Under the pieces are notes generated by a model. It did no database searches. It had not been told where the DNA came from and saw only the letters and a program-made list of their open reading frames with translations. The translations under genes and the position numbers were made by a program. Below are positions 50,261 through 59,687 of a DNA stretch of 63,978 bases, piece by piece; position 1 is the first letter of the stretch; each line of letters begins with the position of its first letter. The DNA comes from a virus (taxonomy: Duplodnaviria > Caudoviricetes): the IMG/VR virus record IMGVR_UViG_3300049043_000233, positions 1 to 63,978 of that record; one strand, given 5' to 3'.

Positions 50261-50324
50261 TTTGAATGTGTTAGCGTGGAATGCAAGTAGAATACAGCCA
50301 CAGGTTCCCGCCGTCCACACTTCT

Positions 50325-50831
50325 ATGTTCATTCTTGATGGCCGCCCGCTGAGCCCAGACGTGCCCTTCACGCACGACGACATTCAATATCCGGCTAACT
50401 GGGTCAGACTCGCTACGCCCGAAGAGCGCGAGGCCATCGGCATCACCGAGGTGCCCGACCCTGAGCCTTACGACCAGCGGTTCTACTGGGGACCCGGACT
50501 GCCCAAGGATCACGATCAACTCGTCGAGCAGTGGACCGCTACCACACGCACCACCGCCAACACCCTGCTGCAGCCAACGGACTGGGTGATTATCCGCGAG
50601 GCCGATAACGGCAAACCCGCTGATCCAGCGATAAAAGCCTGGCGCGAAGACATCCGCCTAGCCACGGGCGTCAAGGTCACGGCCATCAAACAAACAGCCG
50701 ACACCGACGCGCTTGCCGCATACATTACAAGCGCCGCCTACAGCACCTGGCCCAACAATTCTGATGTTCCCATTGCCCCTCCCTCCGGTGGCGATGAATT
50801 TTCCACTAACAGCGTGAGCGGTGGTTTCTGA
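50325..50831 (+). CDS. Tail fibre assembly chaperone-like protein
   Basis: MFILDGRPL...QYPANW...YDQRFYW...LL.PTDW...WR..IR. Confidence 0.65.
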   Translation: MFILDGRPLSPDVPFTHDDIQYPANWVRLATPEEREAIGITEVPDPEPYDQRFYWGPGLPKDHDQLVEQWTATTRTTANTLLQPTDWVIIREADNGKPADPAIKAWREDIRLATGVKVTAIKQTADTDALAAYITSAAYSTWPNNSDVPIAPPSGGDEFSTNSVSGGF

Positions 50832-50965
50832 TGGCAGTCAAAAGCAAGGCAGGAGCGGCAAGCTCAAAGCGAATTATCATTAGCAAACCCAAGAAAACCA
50901 AACAAGGCAATGGCCAGCACAGCAAGCCAAGCCATGGGAGAAAGTTAAAGATTGGTCAAGGCTGA
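50831..50965 (+). CDS. Small basic protein (44 aa, not in ORF track)
   Basis: MAVKSKAGAASSKRIIISKPKKTKQGNGQHSKPSHGRKLKIGQG*, TGATG overlap. Confidence 0.55.
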   Translation: MAVKSKAGAASSKRIIISKPKKTKQGNGQHSKPSHGRKLKIGQG

Positions 50966-51015
50966 TTGACGATGGTCAAACGAGGGACTAGGCTTTACCC
51001 TGGTCCTTTTTTACG

Positions 51016-51273
51016 ATGACCCTCGTAAACTCCATTTCCTTTTCCCATCGCTTTTCTGACAATAAGCTCGGCCGAGATACTTGCGCCTACCAAGAAATCA
51101 ATCACACATATAGTGGCGACACTGCCACTGCCATCACCCGTGCATATTTTCAGTTCATGATGGCTTGCGGATATGCCCAGCAAAGCGTTATTGAAGCAAT
51201 GTTTTCCATTGCCACTGAATACGAGGAAGCGTATTTGCCTGAAAAGACTAGGATGGATGTAAGTGATGATTGA
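51016..51273 (+). CDS. Hypothetical protein
   Basis: 85-aa ATG ORF. Confidence 0.6.
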   Translation: MTLVNSISFSHRFSDNKLGRDTCAYQEINHTYSGDTATAITRAYFQFMMACGYAQQSVIEAMFSIATEYEEAYLPEKTRMDVSDD

Positions 51274-52511
51274 ACACCGTGGGACAAGTAAAGCGCAACG
51301 GCGAGCAGTTTGAGACGCACATAGAAGCGGATCATCGCGGGCAAGTGTTACAAAGTGGCCCCGATAGTGGCATGTTTGATGCCTTTGCTCGCCAGCGCTT
51401 TAGCCAGCCATACACACTGTTTGAAAGTATGATGCGCCATTCCAAGCGCACTGATTTATGGGCCGAACAGTTGGTTGGCAGTGGTAGCGTAAGCTTTATC
51501 GCCGCTGAAAGCTCTGCTGAACTCAGAACCACCACTGCATCTGGCGATACAGTCATTCGCAGGAGCAGGAGGTATTTGCCTTACCAGCCCGGCAAGAGCC
51601 TATTGATTTTTGCCAGTTTCGTGGGCAATGCGCCAACGGCTGGATTGGTGCAGGAAATAGGGTATTTTGATGGGAGCAATGGCATCATTCTTAGAGCCAG
51701 TGGCACCACTCTTCAGCTTGTCATTCGCAGTTCAGCGAGCGGGAGTGTTCAGGAAACCGTTGTCAATCAAGCATCTTGGAACATTGACACTTTTGATGCA
51801 CTGAACTTTGCCAAGGCCAACATTTTTGTGGCCGATTTGGAATGGTTAGGAGTGGGACGTGTGAGGGCTGGCTTTGTCGTTGATGGCGAAATCCGCTATT
51901 GCCATGAGTTCAATCATGCCAATTCAGTGGATGCCGTTTATATGAGCTCGGCTATTTTGCCAGTTTCCTACCGCATTTACAATTCCTCCTCCATTGCTTC
52001 TAACGCTGCGCTCACGCAAATTTGCTCAACCGTGATCAGTGAAGGTGGCTACCAGCCAGTGGGAGCCATTTATCTTGGCGGAAGGGGAGCAGGCACGTTT
52101 TCTGCCATTTCCAGCGAAACACTTGTTGCTGCCATTCGTATGGCCAGTGGCCGCACCGACAATGTGATCATGCCAGCACAGGTGGACGTGAGCCTTGGTG
52201 GCAATCCGGCGTCGAATGTGGTGGCGGAATGGCGACTGCGTCTCAATCCAACGATTAGCGGCTCTTGGAGCGCCGCTGCCAACGGTCGAGGCAACGTGGA
52301 AGTTATGAGTAGCGGCACGGTGAGCGGAGGCACAATTGTTGGAGGAGGGTTGGTGGCGTCACGATCGGACGTGGCCTTTAGCCCCGAAAACGCTTTGGCA
52401 CTAAGCCTGGGAAGGGAGGTCGATGGCACAAGTGATGTGTTGGCCTTGACTGTTCAATGCAGTTCCTCGGAAAACGCAACAGGTTTGCTTGGCTGGAGAG
52501 AGCTGGTATAG
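51270..52511 (+). CDS. Putative virion structural protein (beta-rich, ConA-like)
   Basis: DAFAR.R.SQP.TLF, YQPGKS, DLEWLGVGRVR.GF, STVISEGG motifs. Confidence 0.65.
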   Translation: MNTVGQVKRNGEQFETHIEADHRGQVLQSGPDSGMFDAFARQRFSQPYTLFESMMRHSKRTDLWAEQLVGSGSVSFIAAESSAELRTTTASGDTVIRRSRRYLPYQPGKSLLIFASFVGNAPTAGLVQEIGYFDGSNGIILRASGTTLQLVIRSSASGSVQETVVNQASWNIDTFDALNFAKANIFVADLEWLGVGRVRAGFVVDGEIRYCHEFNHANSVDAVYMSSAILPVSYRIYNSSSIASNAALTQICSTVISEGGYQPVGAIYLGGRGAGTFSAISSETLVAAIRMASGRTDNVIMPAQVDVSLGGNPASNVVAEWRLRLNPTISGSWSAAANGRGNVEVMSSGTVSGGTIVGGGLVASRSDVAFSPENALALSLGREVDGTSDVLALTVQCSSSENATGLLGWRELV

Positions 52512-52533
52512 TTGAGCTTCTTACTGGACTGCC

Positions 52534-52797
52534 ATGCTTGAAGACGCACGCTATGACCACAAAAAAGCCCAAGAAGAGGCCATTGGCGAAGCATTGATGG
52601 AGCTTCTTGGTTGTTCTGGAGGCAGCAGCGAAGCAGCATATGAAGCGATTGTTGCTGCGATTGATGGGTGGCTAAAGTACCACCAAACGGAAATGAACAA
52701 GTGGAAAGCTCTTCTGCAGATGGTGACCGGCCCGACGGACGAGCGTTGCTTGACTCCCCAGAATTCAAGCAATTGCAAGCATCTCTTAGAGCTTTGA
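52534..52797 (+). CDS. Hypothetical protein
   Basis: 87-aa ORF; 3' end uncertain. Confidence 0.5.
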   Translation: MLEDARYDHKKAQEEAIGEALMELLGCSGGSSEAAYEAIVAAIDGWLKYHQTEMNKWKALLQMVTGPTDERCLTPQNSSNCKHLLEL

Positions 52798-53039
52798 GCG
52801 CACAACAGTGCGCCGAGGATCAAGCGTGGTGGGACAGTCTTGATTACAACTCACGAGCGCAAGCATTTCGCCAGATTTGCAAACTTATTCACAAGGCTGA
52901 AGTGGAGAAGCGCAGCACCTACCGTTTTGCCATGTATGAGGTATTTGATCTGGACTATGGGGATGGGCTAGACCACTATATGACTTTACATAATTTGCTT
53001 AGCAGGGCCACGGACTCGCCCGGTTATTCCAGCTTGTAA
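52668..53039 (+). CDS. Hypothetical protein (true start probably further downstream)
   Basis: WWDSL...AF...KLIHKAE...TYR..MYEVF. Confidence 0.5.
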   Translation: MAKVPPNGNEQVESSSADGDRPDGRALLDSPEFKQLQASLRALSAQQCAEDQAWWDSLDYNSRAQAFRQICKLIHKAEVEKRSTYRFAMYEVFDLDYGDGLDHYMTLHNLLSRATDSPGYSSL

Positions 53040-53413
53040 GTGATGCGCAGCTCCCCTCCGAGAGCTTTCACTTCATCAGAAGCATCGGCGGCGGCTTCGG
53101 TGATGATCATCACGCTTGGCACTGAAGCATCTGGCACTGGAATGATTGTGGACCTCGGGAAAAGCTCCTGAGCCTTTGCTGCGAGCCTTTCTGAGCGCTG
53201 CTGCTTCTCTTCTTTGTCCCATTGCTCCACCAATGCCTTAGCTTGCTTGTCAACGGCTTGGAGCGTGGCCTGGGTTTTCCATTCTGTCCATGCAGGACGG
53301 CACCAATCAAGCAGTTGCTTGTACCACCATTTAGAGACAATGGAAGGGAAGCGTTTGGCTGTTTCAAGGGCCAGTTCGTAACAAACGGCCAAAAACCAAC
53401 GTTCCCTCTCCAT
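53024..53413 (-). CDS. Hypothetical protein in lysis module
   Basis: ATG at 53413, just downstream of the endolysin. Confidence 0.55.
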   Translation of the reverse strand: MERERWFLAVCYELALETAKRFPSIVSKWWYKQLLDWCRPAWTEWKTQATLQAVDKQAKALVEQWDKEEKQQRSERLAAKAQELFPRSTIIPVPDASVPSVMIITEAAADASDEVKALGGELRITYKLE

Positions 53414-53417
53414 TGCT

Positions 53418-54359
53418 CTATCCCTCTTGATAGACGCTGACAAAAATTGTTCCTTTCTTCGCGAGAGGAAGGATTTTGTCGCGCAAATCAATGTTATGAG
53501 CGCGAACGCAACCATAAGTTGGGAATAGTTTCTGCTCTGGAGCCCATGCACCAGGCCATCCACATGCAGAGCCCCCACCATGAATCATGATTCCAGCCCT
53601 TCCATTATCAGCTTCTTGATTCTCTAGCTCAATCAAATCAAAGCTATACCAGCCATAGGCCATGAGAGTGCGATCGTATTGGGTTTTTTCTCGATTGATC
53701 TCATAGTCCTTGTAGATGGTGCCCACTTTATACAGGCCAGGAGGCGTGTCAGAATTTTGAACCTTCCATTCAGAATCGCTATGCTGCCCACGAGCGAGGC
53801 ATGGAATCATCCACAAAAGACTGCCATCAAAGGCAAACGCCTTCATTGTTTCACTAGCATCATTGACAATCAAATGAGAATCACCAGCCTTAAAGCCAAA
53901 ATCTTGGGGACGTCTCTTGGGACCAATCATTGTAGTTTTTGTGGATTCGGGAGAGTATTCTTTCATTAGCCTTGAGAGCTTTGCTGGATACCCGGGATCA
54001 GTGGCATAGCTTTGCTGATAAAGCATGCGAGCCGCTGCATAGCGATTGGGAGCATTATTGACTCCCTTGAACTGGCGATAGTCTTTGTACCAGCGAGTGA
54101 TGAGAAATTCAATGCAGGCTTCAAGGCTCGGAAAGTCAATGAAACCCGCCTTAATTACCACCCATTTCCCATCGTAAAACTCCTTTGTCGAGACAGTTGT
54201 ACCGTCTCCTTTGAGGCCAAGGAAGTTGTTTTGACCAGAAGTGTGCTTGCCAAAACCACTTTCAAGGCAGCATTGAGCCGCCACGAGCTCTGGGAAGCGA
54301 GCGCCGCGATAGCGGGCCACTTCAAAGCATCGATTCCAGAAAGCCTGTTCGGCTGACAC
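53418..54359 (-). CDS. Endolysin: GH73 glucosaminidase/FlgJ-like domain plus YkuD-like L,D-transpeptidase domain
   Basis: AAQCCLESGFG, NNFLGLK, YATDPGY in the N-terminal part. DTPPGLY...IMIHGGG...TYGCVR in the C-terminal part. Confidence 0.85.
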   Translation of the reverse strand: MSAEQAFWNRCFEVARYRGARFPELVAAQCCLESGFGKHTSGQNNFLGLKGDGTTVSTKEFYDGKWVVIKAGFIDFPSLEACIEFLITRWYKDYRQFKGVNNAPNRYAAARMLYQQSYATDPGYPAKLSRLMKEYSPESTKTTMIGPKRRPQDFGFKAGDSHLIVNDASETMKAFAFDGSLLWMIPCLARGQHSDSEWKVQNSDTPPGLYKVGTIYKDYEINREKTQYDRTLMAYGWYSFDLIELENQEADNGRAGIMIHGGGSACGWPGAWAPEQKLFPTYGCVRAHNIDLRDKILPLAKKGTIFVSVYQEG

Positions 54360-54362
54360 TGC

Positions 54363-54506
54363 TCAGTCCTTCACGCGAAAGACGGCCTTCAGACCAGCCA
54401 TGGAAAGCTGGATGAGGTTGTTGCTCTTCCAGGGAGTGTGTTGAATCACTTGGTCCAGGGCGGCAATGATGATGCCACCAACAACGAACCATTCAGCGCC
54501 GGACAT
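54363..54506 (-). CDS. Small membrane protein, holin candidate (47 aa, not in ORF track)
   Basis: MSGAEWFVVGGIIIAALDQVIQHTPWKSNNLIQL..., directly upstream of the endolysin. Confidence 0.55.
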   Translation of the reverse strand: MSGAEWFVVGGIIIAALDQVIQHTPWKSNNLIQLSMAGLKAVFRVKD

Positions 54507-54530
54507 GAGAAGAAAAGCGTTTCTTTCAGC

Positions 54531-54740
54531 TTAGCGGTTGATTTCAAGCGAGCGCACCCTGGCCTCCAGCTCTTTCATATTGTTCGTCAGTGCATCTAGC
54601 TTTTCAATGACAGTTTCCACTTGTTCGGCAATGCGAGCCTGCTGCATGCCAATGCCAACCATCGTTCCTCCAGTGGCCAGAAGCATGCCGGCCGTCACAC
54701 TTACTGCCAAATTGGCGAGCTGCTCTTGCCAGCTTTTCAC
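54531..54740 (-). CDS. Membrane-anchored coiled-coil protein (lysis-associated?)
   Basis: Hydrophobic N-terminus followed by a heptad region. Confidence 0.55.
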   Translation of the reverse strand: MKSWQEQLANLAVSVTAGMLLATGGTMVGIGMQQARIAEQVETVIEKLDALTNNMKELEARVRSLEINR

Positions 54741-54830
54741 TGTTTCCGGGCGATTGTCCTTTACATTCTAGGGCCATCACAAAGATGATCCTGGGCGTTT
54801 AGGCTAAGAGCAGGACAGCTATTTGCTGCT

Positions 54831-55313
54831 ATGAAGCAAAACAATGGCACTGAAGATCTTCTCTTTTCACTGTCTGTTTTGCGCCCTGGAGAGGCCAAGC
54901 GCCGCTTTCGAAAAAGCATTTTTGAAGATTATCCGCTGCGAGGCCCTTTGGGCCATTGCGCCTGTGCCTATTGCGGCAAGTGGAACGAGAAACTAACCAT
55001 TGATCATATTGTTCCAAAAAGCAAAGGAGGGCCACATTTTGCTAAGTGGAACAGTGCTCCTTGTTGCCTCACTTGCAATGCGGCCAAGAGCAATTTGCCC
55101 TTGTTTGAATGGTGGAGGCCTCAGGCGTTTTGGACAGTCCAGCGCGAAGAGGCGCTGATGAGCTGGATACATGCTCATAGTTTCATTAGCGCACATAGTC
55201 CCATTGGCAGTTGGGAAGAATGGATGCAAGAAACACAACGCATTGTGCCCATTCATGAAGCCAAAGAAAAAGCGGCTCGATTGTGGCCGCTTTCTTTATG
55301 CTTGGCTAGTTAA
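54831..55313 (+). CDS. HNH endonuclease
   Basis: CAYCG...TIDHIVPKSKGG...N..PCC..CN..KS. Confidence 0.88.
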   Translation: MKQNNGTEDLLFSLSVLRPGEAKRRFRKSIFEDYPLRGPLGHCACAYCGKWNEKLTIDHIVPKSKGGPHFAKWNSAPCCLTCNAAKSNLPLFEWWRPQAFWTVQREEALMSWIHAHSFISAHSPIGSWEEWMQETQRIVPIHEAKEKAARLWPLSLCLAS

Positions 55314-55654
55314 TAGGCGAAAACATTTCAGGCGGCCCTTGTCTAACAGTGGGCAATGGACAGAAACCGTCGGGACATCCGCTAATCATATAGTCATCGG
55401 GATCGTGGCGGCTGATATATTCGCTCACGCTTCTGCCTCGCTCATCGTCTTCCTTGAGAGCAATGAGGCGGTCCAGATACCATCGTGCCTTCTTCAAATC
55501 TTCACTGCCTCTTTTTCTCGAACCGCCAAAGGTATTTGATGCAATTGCCCTTGAGAAAGCCCTTGAATGCTTCGGGGCTCATGGAAGCCTCCAATGCTTC
55601 AATACATTCAATGGCGCCAGAGGTGTAGTGCGATGGATTGATGGGATCGTTCAT
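55306..55654 (-). CDS. DUF3310 (SaV-like) protein, frameshifted near 55505
   Basis: MNDPINPSHYTSGAIECIEALEASM...GFLKGNCIKYLWR...LKKARWYLDRL. Confidence 0.8.
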
Positions 55655-55656
55655 GA

Positions 55657-56370
55657 TCAAAATTGGTAGTTGTTGGCAGAAAAAGCATAGAAGGCCTCGG
55701 GGGCCACATCTCTGCCGAGTTCAATCAAGGCGTCGGCATAGGCCACGATTTCTCCCTGTGCTCCGTCTCCCTTGCGAAGACTGATGAAATGAAACAACGC
55801 TTGTAGGGAACAGGTCCAGACAAAACTTGTATAGAGAGCAGAGGGAAGAACGGCGCGAGCCTGCTCCTTGCTCACCCCCATTGCCAAAAGCTCTTCGTAA
55901 GCGGCTTTGGAGGTGCTGAGGGCCTCGCGAAAGAAGAAAGAGGCACGATCCTGTGCTGCTGCGGGGAGGGGGCCTGCAGAGGCTTGGCGGTTGCTTTCGC
56001 TTTGTCGCAGGAACTGACGAGGCACGTAAAACTCTGCATCTTCCGCTGAGCAATAGCGAAAGCTTTTTTCGTTCCAGCCCAGTTGATCATCCACGTAGGT
56101 GGAGGCAACCGTGTGCTTCCACCATTGCCTGGCGACGAAGAGAGGAGCCTTCACTTTCCATTTGAACACCACCCCTCGAAACGGGCTGGTATGGTGCTCG
56201 CGAGCTAGGTAGGACAAAAGCTTCGCGTCTCGTTCTGTCCACTGCCTGGATTGAGCTTCAAAGCTTTGTCTAGCATCATTGACCACAGACAAGCTATTGC
56301 CCATGGAGTCAATGAGCATCAGATGGCTTTTGCCATCTCGCAAGGGATCAATCATTCTTTGATGAGGCAT
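55657..56370 (-). CDS. thyX: FAD-dependent thymidylate synthase
   Basis: HTSPFR, PLFVARQWWKH, NEKSFRY, EQARAVLP, FISLR, AQGEI. Confidence 0.92.
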   Translation of the reverse strand: MPHQRMIDPLRDGKSHLMLIDSMGNSLSVVNDARQSFEAQSRQWTERDAKLLSYLAREHHTSPFRGVVFKWKVKAPLFVARQWWKHTVASTYVDDQLGWNEKSFRYCSAEDAEFYVPRQFLRQSESNRQASAGPLPAAAQDRASFFFREALSTSKAAYEELLAMGVSKEQARAVLPSALYTSFVWTCSLQALFHFISLRKGDGAQGEIVAYADALIELGRDVAPEAFYAFSANNYQF

Positions 56371-56545
56371 TGGCCGATGGAACGGGAGCAATCAGAGAGC
56401 GAAATGAAAGGACAACCACCACCCACTGCCAATAGGCCAAGGTCAAGCCAGGCAGCAGCCACGAGGCGCATAAAGATAGCAGCCATGCTCTAAGACAGAG
56501 AATGAGCACGCCAGCAATCAACACGCCAATCTCAGGGGAGCTCAT
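56348..56545 (-). CDS. Small membrane protein
   Basis: Two hydrophobic segments. Confidence 0.5.
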   Translation of the reverse strand: MSSPEIGVLIAGVLILCLRAWLLSLCASWLLPGLTLAYWQWVVVVLSFRSLIAPVPSANASSKND

Positions 56546-56726
56546 GGTTCATTGGTTGAAATTGCCACTGTACCAGCTTGACAAGCAAATGCTTGCTCGC
56601 CTCTGGCATTTTCACTTTCTTTTCCATTGTCTGCTCTTTCATGCGCAAATTCTCCCAGGAAATCAAGGGCATCAATGGCTTTTCCATTGCACGGTTTGGA
56701 CGGCCGGAGCACTGTACGGCTTCCAC
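56532..56726 (-). CDS. Hypothetical protein
   Basis: 64-aa ORF in a minus-strand run. Confidence 0.35.
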   Translation of the reverse strand: MEAVQCSGRPNRAMEKPLMPLISWENLRMKEQTMEKKVKMPEASKHLLVKLVQWQFQPMNHELP

Positions 56727-56818
56727 GCCATTTTCGCAACGACCGACCAGGGTGGTTCGGCATCTTTCACCGCCGCCAAAGCGCCATCCTCTAGCCTATA
56801 ACCAAGGAGGCATTAGCA

Positions 56819-57181
56819 ATGAAATTCATGATTCCCGTGGATGTGGTTGGTTACAATGGCCAAAAGTATCATGCGGCCATGGGACCCTTTGAGCATTCGC
56901 CGGAGAGGGAATTTGCTTTAACGGTGAACAAGAAGGCCATTGAAGAGTGCAGTGACTTGCGCCAACTTAAGCCAGTGGCACAAAATCTGCTGGAAGGATG
57001 GTCTTCCATGCATACGGCCCTGCAATCAATGATGCTAGAAAACATGCAGCTTCGGCAAGCCTTGGCCAAAAAGGATCTTGATCTCAAGGCCGCTGATCAG
57101 CTTATGAATGAGGCCGCTGAGATTGTGCAGCGATGTGCGAAGCAATCACAGCGAGCCAGGCCGCGTCTTTGGCCATGGTAG
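56819..57181 (+). CDS. Hypothetical coiled-coil protein
   Basis: GGAGG RBS, 120 aa. Confidence 0.6.
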   Translation: MKFMIPVDVVGYNGQKYHAAMGPFEHSPEREFALTVNKKAIEECSDLRQLKPVAQNLLEGWSSMHTALQSMMLENMQLRQALAKKDLDLKAADQLMNEAAEIVQRCAKQSQRARPRLWPW

Positions 57182-57482
57182 ACGTGAGGAGAAAAATTGT
57201 CCAGCCACTCGTATAGGCAAGATTATATTTCTTGCAATCTCGCTCATAGCCAGAGCCAGTGACGTGGCGGCCACGACTATAAACACCACCCTGTATTTCG
57301 ATGCCAGTGCGAGAGTCGGGGTGAGCAAAGTCAAGACGATACCTCTTTGAGCGTTTACTTCGGGAATAGCGCTCTTGATAGTCCAGTTCCCATGCCGTAA
57401 TGTCTGAGAATTCTCTTTCAAGAATCAAGCGGGGATAATGCGCTTGCCAAAGGCTGAGAAATTGGTCTTCAAGAGCGCTCAA
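57102..57482 (-). CDS. PD-(D/E)XK endonuclease (DUF559/Vsr-like)
   Basis: YRLDFAHP...IEIQGG...GRH...D..KYN.A...GW. Confidence 0.8.
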   Translation of the reverse strand: MSALEDQFLSLWQAHYPRLILEREFSDITAWELDYQERYSRSKRSKRYRLDFAHPDSRTGIEIQGGVYSRGRHVTGSGYERDCKKYNLAYTSGWTIFLLTSTMAKDAAWLAVIASHIAAQSQRPHS

Positions 57483-57485
57483 AGC

Positions 57486-58079
57486 CTAAACGGCAGCTAG
57501 ATGCACCTTAGCGCCCTGTTTTTGGTAATGACCCTCGTAAGGCCTGTCAACAGTGCCACAACGGAAAAACACCACTTGTGCAATGCCTTCATTAGCATAG
57601 ATGCGCATGGGAAATGATGTGGGGTTGACGAGGCACATGGTCAAATGACCAGACCAGCCGGGTTCAATGGGAAGAATGTTGGCAATGAGACCAATGCGAC
57701 CATAGGTGCTTTTGCCTTCGCACAAGGCAAAAATGTCATTGGGCATGCAGAAATGTTCAAGACTTACACCAAGGCCAAAGCTATTGGGAGGCAAAACGAA
57801 CCATGCACCATCCGTTCCGTGGTTGAGAATGGCGGGATAGGGACTGGCTTCTTGCAACTTCGGGTTGAGGGTGGGCTTGTCTTGTTTCCTGAATGATTTC
57901 CCATCGAAAACCATGAGTTCACGAGGCGAAAGCCTGATGTCATATCCGGCTTGCGACAAGCCATAGCTAATGGCCTTTGTGCCGTCATCAAGCGTGCGAC
58001 GCTTTTCGCCCACGTAGGGCATGAGAAGATCGTTTTCAGCAAGAAGGCTGATTTCGCGGTCGTTGAGGAGCATGGTCAA
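57486..58079 (-). CDS. dcd: dCTP deaminase
   Basis: ISYGLS..GYDIRL, GKSTYGR.G, IEPGWSG, YANEGIAQ, YQKQ. Confidence 0.9.
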   Translation of the reverse strand: MTMLLNDREISLLAENDLLMPYVGEKRRTLDDGTKAISYGLSQAGYDIRLSPRELMVFDGKSFRKQDKPTLNPKLQEASPYPAILNHGTDGAWFVLPPNSFGLGVSLEHFCMPNDIFALCEGKSTYGRIGLIANILPIEPGWSGHLTMCLVNPTSFPMRIYANEGIAQVVFFRCGTVDRPYEGHYQKQGAKVHLAAV

Positions 58080-58151
58080 TTTGGGAGGACGAGAGAAATC
58101 AAGAAATAGCCAATCAGAAAGCCAATAGCAAAAGCAAGCATGTATTCCATG

Positions 58152-58176
58152 AAAAGAAAGGGCGCCGAAGCGCCCT
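58152..58176 (-). terminator. Terminator-like hairpin
   Basis: AGGGCGC-CGAA-GCGCCCT with a T-rich tract on the minus strand, after the 58185-58439 gene. Confidence 0.6.
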
Positions 58177-58184
58177 GGCGATCT

Positions 58185-58439
58185 TCAGAAAAAGTCGTTG
58201 CCGCCGCCCGTGGCTTCATTCACCCAGACGCTGGCATAGCCCTTGGCGCCGTCTTTCTGGCCCTTGAGCTTGACGCTGCCGGTGTAGCCAGGGGCGCGAT
58301 CAGAAGTGCGCTTGGTGTTTTCCCACACGGCCATGTCGAGGGAATAGTTGCCACGCTCGTTGGGACCGGCTTGTTTCAGAGCGTTGAGCACATCGGGGGT
58401 GAGGTCGATGGCGGCAGTAATGGGAGGCTTTCCAGCCAT
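58185..58439 (-). CDS. Small putative ssDNA-binding protein
   Basis: APGYTGSV motif and acidic/aromatic tail (NDFF), in the recombination cluster. Confidence 0.5.
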   Translation of the reverse strand: MAGKPPITAAIDLTPDVLNALKQAGPNERGNYSLDMAVWENTKRTSDRAPGYTGSVKLKGQKDGAKGYASVWVNEATGGGNDFF

Positions 58440-58510
58440 GGTGTTTCTCCTTGGGAGTAATGGAGCCCCTGTTCAGGGCCTGCTCATCTTACCGTCAATG
58501 AATCAGTTTG

Positions 58511-59275
58511 TCACCCTCTGTCCATTGTGAGCGTAAAGGCCTTGTCCCCTGGATAAAAGGCCTGGAAGTAGCGCTTGACGGTGTCCTCCATAATCCGCTG
58601 CTGACTCACTAGCTCAAAGCCATTCAAATGGACCGTCTGCAACGAGGGCTGACTGTTTTCATCTTCTGGATCAAAGCAGGCAATTGCGCACCAGGCCTCA
58701 TCAATAGGCGTGTCGTACATTTGCTCTGCTGCCATTGAATAGGCTCCCAACTGCCGCTTGTAATCAGCCAGTTGATAATCAGGTTTCTCCTTGTAGCTGG
58801 TTTTCCAGTCGATCAATGCAACTGAGCCATCATTCATTTTTGCCACCATATCTAGCGTGCCGCTATATCCTCGTTGCTGATCAAGATCAAACCAGGACAC
58901 AGCACTTTCGACAAGCACTGGTTCTTTAATGTGTTCAAGAAAGGGATCAATGGCAGTGAAATATGGTTTCCAATCCAATGCCTTTTCGAGATGGTGTTCA
59001 ATGTCTTCTCCATTGAACCAATCCTCGAGAACACCATGAAGCCAGGTGCCACGATTAGCGGCAAGGCGGGTGCGACGGTTTGCTTCGTCATCTCCAACGC
59101 GCTTGCGCCAATTGACCAGAGCCATAATTTTTGCCACTGGTGCCATGGAAGAGAGCACGGTGGTCACGGAGGGAAGCACCATGCCTTCGGGCACATTTGG
59201 AAAACTTTCGCAAATATAGTGGCGCTTACCATTGAGGCTAATGCGCTTGGGCTCGAAGCGTTCAAACGAGGGCAT
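58511..59275 (-). CDS. PD-(D/E)XK exonuclease
   Basis: PSVTTVL, RGTWLH, YSGTLD...IDWKTS, QLGAY. Confidence 0.85.
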   Translation of the reverse strand: MPSFERFEPKRISLNGKRHYICESFPNVPEGMVLPSVTTVLSSMAPVAKIMALVNWRKRVGDDEANRRTRLAANRGTWLHGVLEDWFNGEDIEHHLEKALDWKPYFTAIDPFLEHIKEPVLVESAVSWFDLDQQRGYSGTLDMVAKMNDGSVALIDWKTSYKEKPDYQLADYKRQLGAYSMAAEQMYDTPIDEAWCAIACFDPEDENSQPSLQTVHLNGFELVSQQRIMEDTVKRYFQAFYPGDKAFTLTMDRG

Positions 59276-59444
59276 GGTCCCGGCCAGGGCAAGATCGTAG
59301 CAAGCCACTATGGCCCCTATCGGTTGGGAATGCAATAGCCTCCACTGCTGTAATAGCCGAGAGGGCACGATCCATTTTTAATAATGGGCTGCTGACAGGC
59401 GATTGCTGGGGCGCAAAGCAGAACGATGGAAATGAGAATGGTTT

Positions 59445-59687
59445 TCATGATGAAACGGAGGAAAGGTCGTAGGAATCAACAATGGCACCAGTGTCCCTGT
59501 TCCAGCAGGTGTTGCAGTCGGGGCATTGATAGGCAATGCAGCGATCCTGCTGTAATGAGCTAATGGCAATCACCCTTGAGAACCATTCGCTATTTCCAAA
59601 TAGCCAACGACTTTTCTTGGGGATGCGCTTGTCGTGCCAAAGCGATCCGCACTCTGGACAGTGTTTCAAATCAGGCAAAGAGATCAT
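59445..59687 (-). CDS. Zinc-ribbon hypothetical protein
   Basis: CPEC...CPDC. Confidence 0.55.
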   Translation of the reverse strand: MISLPDLKHCPECGSLWHDKRIPKKSRWLFGNSEWFSRVIAISSLQQDRCIAYQCPDCNTCWNRDTGAIVDSYDLSSVSS

